A stretch of DNA of 64,000 nt from Octopus vulgaris (lineage: Eukaryota), in the NCBI GenBank assembly GCA_951406725.2, contig OX597818.1:110422001-110486000 (forward strand), given 5' to 3'. Below the pieces are notes generated by a model. The model was not told the origin of the DNA. It ran no database searches and worked only from the letters and a program-made list of their open reading frames with translations. Shown here piece after piece: positions 63,952 to 64,000 of this stretch. A program made the translations under genes and the position numbers. The stretch's first letter is position 1. Every line of letters starts with the position of its first letter.

Positions 63952-63989
63952 TCTTTCTGTCGAAGAGCGTAGGCTCGAAACGTAAAAGA
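63952..63989 (+). ncRNA. Minimal hammerhead-like fold with variant core CUGUCGA
   Basis: UCUUU-CUGUCGA-A-GAGC(GUAG)GCUC-GAA-A(CG)U-A-AAAGA. Confidence 0.6.
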
Positions 63990-64000
63990 CTTGTTTTATT

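Overview
AT-rich eukaryotic DNA made almost entirely of transposon relics and microsatellites: (TA)n, (CA/TG)n, (AAT)n, (GAT)n, (TATG)n and (GATA)n. The repeat landscape resembles a coleoid cephalopod (Octopus-like) genome; this is an inference, not a database result. No host protein-coding gene can be called with confidence, and most listed ORFs are microsatellite translations. Recognisable elements are: a near-intact CR1-type LINE RT ORF (11487-13625) plus a second CR1-type fragment; several R4/Dong-type RLE LINEs sitting in (AAT)n tracts; HERO- and RTE-like fragments; at least four tRNA-headed SINE families; four mariner relics (one full length); Tc1-, Merlin-, hAT- and Tigger-type DNA elements; and Helitrons, one with an OTU protease relic. 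The most notable hidden pattern is a dispersed set of about a dozen minimal type-I hammerhead-ribozyme folds. They lie in short Penelope-like elements in or beside (TA)n tracts, often as inverted pairs, and several have non-canonical cores (CUGUCGA, A3:U8, U3:A8). Also notable are a tRNA-headed SINE that ends in a hammerhead, a perfect 215-bp inverted duplication, and a candidate 13-nt microexon bracketed by complementary (TG)n and (CA)n tracts.
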